Positions 36,730 through 49,737 of a stretch of DNA of 64,000 nt are shown here, one piece after another. Origin of the DNA: Geosiphon pyriformis uo1. Taxonomy: Eukaryota; Fungi; Glomeromycota. The stretch spans positions 418,797-482,796 of the forward strand of contig JAAOMT010000198.1 in NCBI GenBank assembly GCA_016748015.1, written 5' to 3'. Under the pieces are notes generated by a model. It was not told the DNA's origin. It was given only the letters and a program-made list of their open reading frames with translations, and searched no databases. A program made the position numbers and the translations under genes. Every line of letters begins with the position of its first letter. The stretch's first letter is position 1.

Positions 36730-38960
36730 ACAGTATAAACTATTTTTTTATTTTCAAATTTTTTTGTTATTTTTTAAAAAAAATAGTGATTAAAATATTT
36801 ATAAAACTGATCTTATATATTAAATTTTTACTAATTTAATTTACTTATTAAAGTTAAATTATTTTTTTGATTATTTTATTGTTATATAATACTGTTTTTT
36901 TTGTTATTTATTAATTTGTTAATCTAACCATAATAGTATGATTAAAAATATATTAAATATAAGAATTAAATTATTAGTAATTGTTTTTAATAGTACACTA
37001 GTATATATTATTACAAGATAAATATTATATTATTTTTTTTTAAAAATTTATATTGAATTATTATTTTAAACAAATATTAATTATAATTGTAATTTCCAAA
37101 AATTGTTTTTTTTTGTGTTTTACTTATTAATATAATTTTATTATAAATAATATATTTAAAAAATTTAAAAAATTTAAAATTGTATTAAATCAAGCAATAA
37201 TAATAGTCAGTTATTTTAATATTACAATTTATTTATATTTTATTGAAAAGTTTTAAAAAATACAAAAACAAGTATATTTAAATTATATTATCTTGATTTA
37301 TTTAAATAATACTTATTAGAATTTTTATTTTTATTGCTTAAAAGTCTAATAAAATCTTATCAAGCTTTAAAAGTAAATATATAATTATAGATTTATTAAT
37401 TTAATTAAACTTTTAATTTAACATTAAATTTTTTAAAAATTTAATTATTATTTATAAATTACTTTTAAATTTTATAACTAATCAAATTAATCTTTAACTT
37501 ATTTTAATAAATTTTATTTGTTACAAAATATAATATTGATTTTGCTTAATAATAATTTTTAACAATTAATAATACAACTGTATTTTTTGTTTTTTTTTTA
37601 TTATAAAGCTCTTAACAAATTACAATTAAATATTATTTATTTTTATAAAGTATTATAAATTTAAATTAAAATTTAACACAATATATAATTTAACAATTAG
37701 AGCAAAAATAAAAGCAATAAAAACAACTATTATTATTATTAACTTTTTTTTTAAATCCAAATATTTATGATACATAATTTAAAACTAATACTAAAAATTT
37801 AAACTTTATATATTTTATTTAATTTATTATCTATTATAAGATCTAATTTAAATATTAGCCAATTTATATTTTGTTTAAGCTAAAAATATATAAAAACAAA
37901 TTTATTTCTTTGATTTTATAATATATAAACAATTTAATATATTATTTATTAATAAGATTGTTAATAAGTTTATTAATAAGCCTATTAATAAACTAAATAA
38001 ATATAAAATAGATAATAAACAAGATAAATTACAAGATATTAAACTATTAAATATAATAATACTTAATAATTGAGAAAATTAATTATATAACTAAAAACAA
38101 ATATTAATAAATAAAAAAATTACCAGATTAGAAAATAAAAAGACAAAATATAATAATAATAACAATATAAAAGATAATTTATTAAATAATTACAAATACT
38201 AAGCAATAAATAATAAAACAAAATAAAAACTAGATAATATATTTGGTTTATTGTTTTAAAAACCAAATTTTATAAATAATAACAATTAATTTTTGATATA
38301 ATATATTATTTATTATGTTTATATTTTAATTGATTAATATTATATTAATTTTGGTAAAATAATTGTTTTAATAAAAGTTTTTATTAAAATTACTAAAACT
38401 TTGAAAAAATCTGAATATTTAGTAAACTTTTAAAAGTTTAGTGCCAATACTAATTTATAATATTATAATCTTAATATTTATTTTATAATTAATTAATTTA
38501 ATAAAATAAAATAACAAAAAAAGAATTGCAAAAAATTATTATTAAAAAAAAAATTTAGTATTTTATTAATATAATTAAAAATTATTGTTTTAGTATATTA
38601 AATTTAAATATATGTTTTTAATATTTGTTGTTTTTTTAAATAAAATATTAGAAATAAGTAATTTAATAATACAAACTATAATTTATAATTTTAATAATTT
38701 TAATTAATAAATTTATTATAAATAATTAAGTTTTATTAAAGTATAATTATTTAATAAAAAAATTTGTTTTAATAATTAAATGTCTTTTTTTTAATAATAT
38801 TATTATATATACAGTCAAATTTTTATAAAAAACACAGTTGAAATAGACAAATTATATTTTATTTTAATAATTATTATTAAATAAACTATATTTATTTATT
38901 AAATTAATCAATTATTATTATTATTATTATTATTATTAAAATATTAATTAATTATTATCT
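36730..38960. other. Extremely AT-rich fossil TE sequence including a minus-strand LTR remnant
   Basis: Almost no G/C; 38554-38593 (minus) equals the LTR hairpin/TACTAAC motif after G>A/C>T conversion; (ATT)n at ~38911-38937. Confidence 0.6.
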
Positions 38961-41057
38961 GAAAGAAATAACTTTTTTTCTTTTGTTTATCCCAAATTCC
39001 CAAAAAAAAGCCAAAAAATTTTTCTGAAAAAAGTTTTTTTACCATTCAGCATGATAAATCCAAATTGTTTTTGCTTGATTACGAGACTACTATTGGCTCT
39101 AGTATTACTGTTCTGAACAAGTTTATCATGGAGCCTAGTTTTAATATTGGTGTTAAATCTGCTAAGTCTAAAAAAAAGAGGAGAGGTGGTGCTTTAAAGA
39201 ATAATATTGGTAATAGAAAATTTGCTGCTGCTAAGGTGTCAAGTGGTTATTCTTGGAATTCTGAGACTGGTGATACCACTGAATCAGATAGTGTAAACAT
39301 GGAGGAGGAATGTTTGGTTGAAGAAACCAGCTTTGATTATGAAGATAATAGAGCTCTCACTGGAGGGGACTTGGAACAAACACTTAAGAGTTCAAAAATT
39401 TTAACCAAAAGAGCACTGGAAAAACTGCTAAGAAAAATTAACTTCTTGAGTAATAATAGTGATAACATATTGTTGGATGTCCTATTGACATTCTTTCCAT
39501 TTTTAAAGACTCTGGTTGATGTTTCAGTTAGAAAATTATTTGCTTTGAATATTGGCTTGGACAAGTTATATGGAAAATCTTTTTAAAAAAAGCTTTCAGT
39601 AGTCAGAAAATTATTTTCAGGTATTAATGATTTTGGGGGGGGGGTCTCTACTTTCTTAAAATTTTCTGAGATTATTCGAGTAATATTTACTTATGAATTA
39701 GGTTTGATAAAAGCCACTAAAAAGACTACTGATGCAAAGATCTTAGTAAATACCGATCTCAAAAAATCTACTGGGCACTCAGATCAGGCTGTGGTACTGA
39801 AAGAAATTCCAGTTGAAACATCAGCTGAGGCTGTGCATGCTGCACTATCTGAATATGATGTGGTAGTATTGATTAAAATGCAATTGGTGAGTTTGTGGCA
39901 AAAAGCTATAGTCAAATTTGGTGAGATTGAACAGGCTAATTTGGTCGCAGCTCATTGGTCTATCTTGATTGGAAAGGATGCTGTGCATGTAGTTGGGGCT
40001 GATAAAGATGAAGAATCATAAGATGTAAGGAATTATCATAGGGCACTGCTTTATACTTTGCCAATAGGAATGAATGCTCATAACATCTGGGATTTTATTG
40101 GCTCTATGGGTGGAAAAACATGTGTGATCAATTGTCATCCAATTATGTATGCTTGGGCCAAATGTGCTGTTATTTGTTTTGATTCAGCTGAATTTTTGGA
40201 TGCTGCTATGAACACTACTCCAGTTTTGAGAAGCATGAATTTACATTGGTTTTACTTGGGTTTTTCTAAATATGCTAAGTATAGAAAAATAAGTCATATG
40301 TTATTAGGCTGTTTTGTAAATGAGAATATTTCCTCTGGGAGATTTTTTCATAGGATACTTTCAGATATAGATAAAAGCAGACTGGCTACCATCTATGCCA
40401 AACGTTTGGCTTCTGTTGCTTGTTCTGTTGTTTTTGGTGGGGTGTCTTGGACAAAGACTGCTGGTGAATCTTTGTTTCCTCCTCTCTTTGTGCATAGTAG
40501 TCTGGTCAATTCTGGCTTCTCTTCGGAGATGAAGTCTATTCTACCTGTTATGATTGATATTAAAAAAAGGTTTGCTGTTTTGGAGAGCAGTCTTACCAGT
40601 CTTACAGGACAAATTAATAAGTTGGCTAAGAAGTTGGACTCACTCATGCCAGCAGTTTCTTAGCCTAGCTCTAGATGTTAGTTGCCAGTGATCTCCCTTC
40701 ACAGGATTGAGTGGGTGATATAGTGATGGAAAAGGATTCAGGTGGGATTACAGATGGTAAAACTGCTGCAAATTTGGAATCTTCTGTTTTTTCTGAGGTG
40801 AAAAGACTAGAAAACATGCTAGAAAAGCTTTCTGCTTTAGTTCTGAGTCTGATAATAAGATTTGATGGTTCAATTTTAGCTGGCAGTACATTTTCCAAAT
40901 CTTTTTCTTAATGACCAGTCTAATATGAAAAATTGCCACATGCAATGTTAGAGGTATGAATAATTCAGTTAAACAAGAAGATATTATGCATTGGCATAAG
41001 GACATGAACAATCTGGTTTCAATTTTTACAGAAACAAAGCTGAAAAAGAAGGTCTGT
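38960..41057 (+). mobile_element. LINE J: 5' part (ORF1 to 40911, start of ORF2 APE) of an L-related LINE, truncated by element I
   Basis: ORF1 homologous to L ORF1 (SVRKLFALNI, QAVVLKEIP, WQKAIVKF); ORF2 begins MTSLI(W)KIATCNVRGMN..FTETKL. Confidence 0.88.
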
Positions 41058-44000
41058 TGTTACTGGAGGTTTTTGGTCTCTTTTCTTGAATGTTGTAACT
41101 GTCTGTTGGTTGCAAATTCACGTTTTCTAGAAGTAGTTGAACCTTTAATAACTGAATTTATCTTCAAATTATCTCCTATAATTTGAACTGCTGGGCTTAT
41201 AAGTGAAATAGCCAATTTCTTGCCAGTTACTTTATGTAGTTATGTTGTAGTAAATATCAACTCTTTCCCAGGAATTGCTCATCTGGAAGCTCACTAAAAA
41301 TGTGTAGTTACTTTGCTGTAAAAGTCAACTCTTCTACAAGAATTTTGTTTGTAGGCTACCCTAATGATTGTAATAAGAAAAGAAATAAAAAATAAAAGAA
41401 ATGTAAAAGAAATAGGATTTTATTAAGGAAAACGTTTTCTATCCAGGCCTGGAGTCACTAACAGTTTACCAAAATTAGTAGCTAATCAATTTTAAAACGT
41501 TAGTTGGGTTTTGGGGATGTTTCAAGTACAATAATTAAAGAATTTAGTTTTTCTGAATTATTTGATATTTATTTCTTTTTGTGTGTATAGGAATGGTTCT
41601 AAGTAATAAATCTAAAGTAAGATACATTTTTTTGAAGAGAAAAGTTCTTCTTTTATACAACTTGTTGTAGTACTAGTCTATGAACTTGCACTTTTTCTCT
41701 TTGCTCAATTTTGGCAAACTAAAGATACATTTTGATGGACTACAAGTTATTTCGCTGAACTATTGATTAATTTGGGTGAACTATTCATAATTTTGGCGAA
41801 TTTTTATAAATTTCGGCAAACTTTTGAATGTTACAAAGTTCAGGGTATTGTGTAATTTGATCATTCTACTTTTTGTTATATTAATTGGATTATTTAATTG
41901 AATTGTGATATGTGATAATTGATTAAATAATAAATGATAATTTGAAATGATATTAATATACTAATTAATTATAGGAATTATAAGAGTAATTTTATGCTAA
42001 TTAATAGTTAAAATTCTATTGGTAACATAATCTCCTCCTCAAGACTGAGTTTCATTGAAATCCAAGCACTATCTGTGATATTGAAATAGTGATCCAAAAT
42101 AATTGAAGTAATCTGGTCTGAAAATTGTTAAAATTTCAGTTCTGTAAGTTTGCCAATGTATTAGACTTTCATTGGTTGTAGTATTGGATTTTATAGAACA
42201 TTTTCACAAGTATTAAACAAATCATAGAGTCTAGAAGCTGCTCTAAGTTTGTAACGAGTGTTTGTTGGTCCAGCTGCTGTTTTGAATTCATTGTGAATTT
42301 GTTTTTGTATAGCTTCAGAAGTGAAATTTGTTGCTTCAAGTTCCAGTTTTTGTTCATAAAGTGTTTTTCTAATGTGAAAGTATATATAGATAGGGGTGTG
42401 TTCATTGTTTTGTTTATTAAGAAGTAGTAGAAGTTTTTGTTGCATTGTAGCATTTGGTGGAATGTCAATAGGGGCAATTAAAAAATTTTCTTTCAGTGCT
42501 TGCTTCAAAAGTCTTGGTAACCTATTTTCAGAGTAACTTCTTGTTTTTTTTCTATAGGGGTAATAGTTCTGTAAATGATTTACTACTGAGACTGTGGTTT
42601 TTTTCTGAATGTAATTAATTTGACTTTCATTAATCATTATGAATAAGTCAAGAAGTGTTTTCAAGACTAACATTAACTTTTAGGATATTTGTTGAATATT
42701 TCGGAGAATAATCATGATAAAATTGACTAATTATGAAAAGGAAGAATAAAGAAAATTATTTTTGGATATGGGGTTTTTATTTGTTTTTGGGTTTGGGTGT
42801 TTTTTGTAATTATTTACTATTTTTTGTCTTTGTGTTTTTATTATAAAATTATTATAAAATTTAAGTGTTCAAGTTTGGTTGTTGTTTTATTATAATTATT
42901 GGTTCTAAATTTCGGGGAATATCTTCAGGATTAATTAAAGGGGAATGTGTACTAATTTGTAGAATTAATGGTTCGGAATTGTTTCTGGAATGATAGTGTT
43001 TCAATCTGTCTTTATGTGCAACTTTTGCTTTATCATCAAGTCTTAACTTGTATGATCTATTGCCTAGAATTTCGTGAATATAAAATGGTCCATCTCATTT
43101 GTTTTCAAATTTTCCACTCTATTGTTTTTCAGCCTTAGTTCTGTGTAAAAAAACTTTATTTCCAACTTTAAATTCGTTGATAATGAGTGGTAATTTATTG
43201 TCATGTCTTTCTTTTTATTGAGCTTGAAAATATTCAATATAAGTTGCTGCTATCTTTCTTTTTTCTTCCAGTGTACTGAAAAGAGTGTAGGTCCTTCTTT
43301 GGAGTGTTTCTTGAAAGTTTTCTTCATTAATTGGTTGCACTGGGTATGTTTCTACTGTGAAATTAATTGGTAATGTTGCTGTTCTTTTATAAGTAAGATC
43401 AAATGGTGTGTGTTTTGTAGTATCTTGTTTTAGTGTTCTGTATGCTAGCAATACTGATGGAATAAAGATATCCCATTCCTGCTCAAAATCTGTTGAGACT
43501 TTGGCTAACAATTCACACAATGTTCTGTTGAAACATTCTACAAATCCATTTGTTTGAGAGTGATAAAATGATGATAGAGGTCTTTTGACATTGAATTGTT
43601 TACAAATTTCTTGTATCAAGTTGTTCACAAAATGTGTTCCTTGATCAAATAAGAGTTCAATTGGACATGCATGTCTACAGATAATGTCTTTATAAATGAA
43701 ATTTGCTACTGATTTTGCATCTGCTCTTTGGATGGCTCTAGTTTCAGACCATTTGGTAAAATAATTTACTGCTACTGCAATATAGCAATTTTCTTGGGTT
43801 GTAATAGGTAATGGTCCGACTAAATCAATTCTAACTCTGTCAAATGGTTGTCCAACTTTGATTGGATTTAAAGGTTTTGTGGAGCAAGTTTCTTCTCTTC
43901 TTTGACAACTATCACAAGATTCTACATATTGTCAAATGTCTTTTTGCATGTGAGGCCAAAAATAATGTTTAAGAGTTCTTTGAATTGTTTCATCTCTTCC

Positions 44001-44195
44001 TAAGTGTGCTGAAGACAAATCTGTGTGCATGTTATATAAAATTGTTTTTTTTTCATTTTCCTGTACTAATCTGAGTAGTTGGTTTGGGTTTTTACAATTT
44101 TTGTAATAGATTTTGTTGTGGTGTATAAAATATTGTTTGGATTGGTGTTATAATCAATGTTTTTTACTTGGAGACCAATTTTCTGGCAGGTTTGG
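41058..44195 (-). mobile_element. Element I: integrase (~42850-44195), ORF3 (~42030-42770) and 3' LTR 41058-42027 of a distinct Gypsy family
   Basis: AHLG..YFWPHM..CDSCQ, YHSQTNGFVECFNRTL, DGPFYIHEILGN; PPT GAGGAGGAGATTA; LTR TGTTAC..GTAACA. Confidence 0.88.
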
Positions 44196-44792
44196 TAAAT
44201 TGGTTGTTGTGCTATTTGAGTGTAGTATGGTTGATAGTGATCTTGATTTGAGTAGTGATTTGGAGTTTGAAATTTGTGATTGGAGTTTCAATTTTAATTC
44301 TCCAATTGTGGATTATTGCTATAACCTCAGCAGCTAGCTTTGATGTGACCTTGTTTACCACAATTGTAGCAACTATACATCTTTTGCTGCTATGGCTGAT
44401 TGAATGATGATGAAAGACACGACTGATTTTGGAAATAATTCATGTTTTCTGAATTATTGCATTATTGTGGAGGCTGATAAATTGCTTGATTGTTAACTAA
44501 GTATCTTTTTAGTTTCTGATTAATTGAATTATTGAATTGTTTCAATTTAGAATCCAATTTAGATAATCTGTTCATCACTAGATTTACAGCTTGGGCATGG
44601 TTGGCTTCGAGTTCAGCTGCCTCAAAATCTCTGGTGTTTGTAATAGTGGCTTGAAAATCTGCTGGGTGCATTGGATGTATGTGTTAAAGAATGCTACTGT
44701 ATAAATCTTAAATGAATTGATTTAAGATTTGTGGTGCTGTAAAATAATCAGTCTGTATGGCCTGGATTTGGTGCAGATTTCTGTGGAAGCAT

Positions 44793-45778
44793 TGTTACCC
44801 AAGTAGAAAAACTGATCTAAAGTTATGAAAAAACATGACCAGAACATGACATAACACAGAATAGTACACAATAACATTAAATAACACGTTATAACTTAGG
44901 ATAGCATGCAATAACATTGAATAATGTGTTATAACTTAGGATAGTGCAAGATAACATGTTACAACATGGAATAACACAGAATAACACTAGATAATGTATT
45001 ATAACATAGAATAACTAGTAATAACATAGAAGAATGAAGCAATAACAGAAATAACAAAGCAATAATTAGCAATAACAAAACAATCAGAAGTAATTCTGTA
45101 AAACCAAAAGAATATATAAAAGTGAGTAGTGATAGAAGATAGAAAAAAGGACAGATAAATACGAACCACTTGACAAGAAACAAATATTCATCACCTCTCC
45201 TCATTTATGTTCTCAAACTGTATAGGATTTATGTAAATTAATCATTGTTTCATACTTTTGTTTTAGAACAGATGCTCTTAGCATAATTGTCTTGGACTAT
45301 TAATGATTTGAACCAATTACTTTTGATTATGACAATTGACAATACTAATTTATCTTTTTCTTTTTTTTCTTTTTTTTTCTTTCTTATTTTCTTTTGTGAA
45401 GTGACAATATAATAAAATTGACTGTCTGGAAATAGACTTTATAATAGCCTGGTAAAAAAAAAAGGCTCCTCCTAGGTTTTGGATATTAATGTTATCTTGT
45501 TAGCTTACCAAAAGGGCAAAAAGACACCACCAGACTCTAATGACTGCACTCGTTAGCTTAGAGAAGAAAGCACATTTACAGAAGACATTGCAATTGACAA
45601 AAGACAAACTCTGTGCCTTATAATTAAAAAACTCAATGGGTAAATTCACATTCAGAAATAGACCTTCAGAGACTAATAATTGAGACTAAGCCAACAGAAT
45701 TATGTGGAAGATGCATTACCAATAATTGAGAGCACCAAACATTATCATCTCTATTACCTACCAAGTTTACCCATAACA
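44793..45778 (+). repeat. 5' LTR of F
   Basis: Direct repeat of 53750-54789 with a ~55-bp deletion near 45207; 10-bp ATAAC array. Confidence 0.95.
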
Positions 45779-48700
45779 TTTGGTGCTCTCTGTGAGGTTA
45801 TAAATTCATAGAGACAAAGCACCCCAGAAATACACAAAAATAGTGACTATTAGAACAGTAAGAAAGGACTACTCTCTATATGAAAGAGCATTATTTTAAT
45901 ACTTTCGAAAAGACCTAAGAATACCAGCAGAAACTGCTTATGCAGAAAATGATTTTTGTAACTATATCAACACAAAAATTGACTGCTTATTAGGCCATGC
46001 AACTGACACAGGAAGACTAAAAGAACAAATCTATCAAAGCTTATTAGGGTACTTAACAGCCACGACTACTTAAGCAATTACTAAAACTCTGTGCATAATT
46101 GATACAGACATTAAATATTACATGGCAAAATGATTCTCTCAAGTACAACAACCAGTGAAATCTGACCCTGAGGAATATGAAAACAAATCCAACAACCCCG
46201 TAACTGCCCAAGCCAAGTCCATGGTCAACAAAAAACCAAGGTTCTTCTCCCCAACAACTCTATCATACTATTAGACACCCTAAAATAGAATTATATTCAA
46301 CCCACCCCCAAAAACCCAGTTAGAAACACCACAAACTCCTGAAAATTCATACTCTTGGAATCAACATAGTTGGACCAAATCATTAGGAAAATACAGATCA
46401 TTGTTTGGAAATCTCTCTCCAACACTTAACAAAACAGATGGAAATACATCGACGTGGAAACCACTGCCAACTCAACCATTGACCAAATCATCAGCCACCC
46501 TCTTTGAAGAAACAGCTATCCTTCAGCCCATTGAGAAAATTAACAAAGAGAAACAACCAGAATTAGCACCAGAAGAACACTCTAGCACACAAACACCAAA
46601 CCCCTTGGTATTAATCAATAAGACTTCACCTAGCCACCAGATTATGGCTTACTGAGATATCGCCAAATTAGAAAAATTCTCCAGTGAAGAAGATGACGCA
46701 TATATATGGATTGCAGAAGCCAAGAAAGCCATCACTGCCAACAATTGGGATAATAATAGGACCATTTAAGCATTGCCATTTTTTCTGACCAGAACCACAG
46801 ACTTATGGTATCAAAGTCTTGCAGAGAAACCAACTGACTTTACCACCTTTAAACTTGTCTTTCTGCAATACTTCTGTGACCCTAACCCTCTTATCAGATT
46901 ACAAAATCAGTTCAGTATTATAAAACAAAAAGACCACAAAGCAGTAACCACTTATCTTGGATAATTCAACCAAATTTTTTGTCAAATTCAGACCATTGAA
47001 AGAGATTACTACATTGTGGCACAAATCTTTAACCAATTCATCAAAGGATTAAAAAGCAGTCTCCTCCAATCCATAAGACCCCACCACCCAACAAACCTAC
47101 AAGAAGCAGTTACTCTTGTTTGTGACTTTGAGTCAGCAGAACAAGAGGCTAATCATACTCAAGCCATTAACCTGGCTATCAATAGAACATCTGATATCAA
47201 CACAAAAATAACTCAATTAAGTAAGAAATTAACTCAATAAATTGAGAGATTTTTAGCCAGTATCATAGGACTCTACCAACTACCACAATGAAGGGATAGT
47301 AATAACACCAGATACCAACAACAATAGAATTGCCAGCAACAACAACAACCTTAAAGATCTGATTCTCACAATTGTTACTATTGTCAAAAACCTAGACATA
47401 TCATCTGGGACTGCTGTAAAAAAGTAATAGACCAAAATTAAGGAAATCAATATCAGCACATGAAATACCCTCAAAACATGGTATTCTAATACTCCACATC
47501 TCAATATCAACTGCCTTAATACTCACAACAAATGCAGTATACTCAGCAACCGCCTCAGACCTACTACCAGTCTTCACAGCCAATGGTTCAAGCAGCACTC
47601 CAGTACCAAAATCCTGTTAATAGCCAATCTAAACATTGTACAATTGATTATAACCAAGGATGGAGGAACCTCAGCAACAATTAGAGGCCAACTAACAGTG
47701 TACCATCACAATCCCTAAATCATAGTAATGTTCTATCTTGACCAGCACCAACCAGATACCCTAACCAAGCCTCATATTTTGGTCTTACTGAATATCAAAA
47801 TTTTTATAGTTTTACATCTTTAGAAGGGAAAGATGTAGGAGAGACTCTCACCTCTTCAAGGCAAAATCAAATCAACAATACCATTCTACCCGCTACTATT
47901 ACCGAAGACACCACTCTTGCCGCCATATTCCCCTTTGACATTGACCACCTAAACACCATTAGCCTTTTTAGTGGAGCTGCCATTAATCAGGATAAACCAA
48001 TCATGGCTTTGTACACCAATGCTAGAGTCGGGAACATAGATATTAAGTTAATTCTAAACAGCAGTTTAGCAGACAGTATAATAACAAAACAACTCATGGA
48101 TCAATTAAGTCACCAAATAGATTATGCTGCAACTGTCTGAATTATTACTGCAAATAGCAATACTAAGACTTCCATTGCAATATCAAGCCCTCATTGGAAA
48201 TGACTGGTTGGCCAAAGCTTATGCCACTCTTGACTGAAACACACAGAAATTACAGATTACCTTTAATAGATGACATGCACGAGTCTTAGCTACATGTGGA
48301 TACTTCCAAGTCCAAAGCTCGGAGGAACTGCTAATTGAATTCGAAGACACAACACCACCACCTACCATAAAAACCTATCAAGTTTTGTGGGTGGATAATT
48401 TCCGAACAGAGTTACTCCCACCACCAACTTGAGAAGAAAAAAGAAAAAAAAAAGCAGAAGAACTACAATTGGCACCTGCAAGCTACTCTGCCCCAAATCA
48501 AGGAAGTCAATAGTATTGAACCCCAAAATTAAACTGTGTTGACTGTAAGAAAAAGTTATCCTCTATGAGCACATGTATAGGAGATAATGAAGAATGGCCA
48601 ACTGCCACAAAATACTATTACAGATCATACATAATAGAAAGATTCGAAAAACCAAAATAACAAGACAAATGAGACAGTACACCATGTCTTGCCTGTGGTA

Positions 48701-49338
48701 AAATCCTACTAGATGAAGGATTCTGGAATAATGTCCCTGGCAAAGGAGGAACATGTAACAAAGTGTGTCAATATACTATTTTAATCAATGATTAGATATG
48801 AAAAGAAATCTCAATCGAAGCCACTTGGAGATGAGCTTTCAGTAGATTAGACAGCTATCTACATGACAAACATGAAATATAGAGAATAGCAAGTGCCAAA
48901 TCTGAAGGTGCCACACTCAACAAAATACGAGAAATCAAAGAAAACCCATTTGTATCTGAATACGAAGAACCAGATTACATCACTGAAGATTTTCTTACTG
49001 ATAACCCAGATGTATTTCAAGACTGTTACCAAGAATTGGCCCCAACCCGAAAAGAACAAGAACAGAGACTAGCTGACCTAAACACAAAATTATGTGATCA
49101 TTGCCTAATTCTTTGCCATTTTTAGTATTGCGACAAATGTGATCTCATGTTCAATTTATCACCAAAAATATTACACCCTATTGACGAACTACTAGAACTC
49201 AAAGAAGAAGCCAAGTTAATAATTAAGGACATGCCATTTCAAGAGCCTAATAAAACTACCAAAACAGAGCAGTACTTCACATATCTTGACCTATCCAAAG
49301 AACTAGAGCTAAAATGGTACAGTAACAAGGAAGAAGGA

Positions 49339-49737
49339 ATTTGCTCCAAAAGAGCACATGATACTGATATTGGTTTCAACCTACAATATCCTGGACAATC
49401 ACCCATTATTATAGTCCCATATTCTCTTGTAAAAATAGATCTTAAAATAGCATTAGAAATTTCTGTTAGTACAATGATACAAGTTGCCTTTCAATCTAGT
49501 CTAGCCAAGAAAAAAATCAACATAAAAGGAGGAATCATCAATGCCGATTACACAGAAAACATCATTGTAATACTACAGAACAATTCAAACTGACCCTACA
49601 AAATAGAATTATAAGAAAAAATTGCCCAAGCTATCTTCTTACTCCTAGTCAAAATACCCCAATTAACTCTGGTAACAACCCAAGTAGAATTAAGCCTCAC
49701 TGCCCGAAGAATCAACAGATTCAGATCAAGTAGAAAA
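49339..49737 (+). pseudogene. dUTPase domain of F
   Basis: DIGFNL, QSSL, GGIINADYTENI, EKIAQAIF, RRINRFRSS. Confidence 0.85.

Noticed and set aside
36730-38960. Organellar insertion or centromeric AT island
   Set aside because: It contains a recognisable hypermutated LTR motif and no organellar genes; better explained as terminally mutated TE debris.
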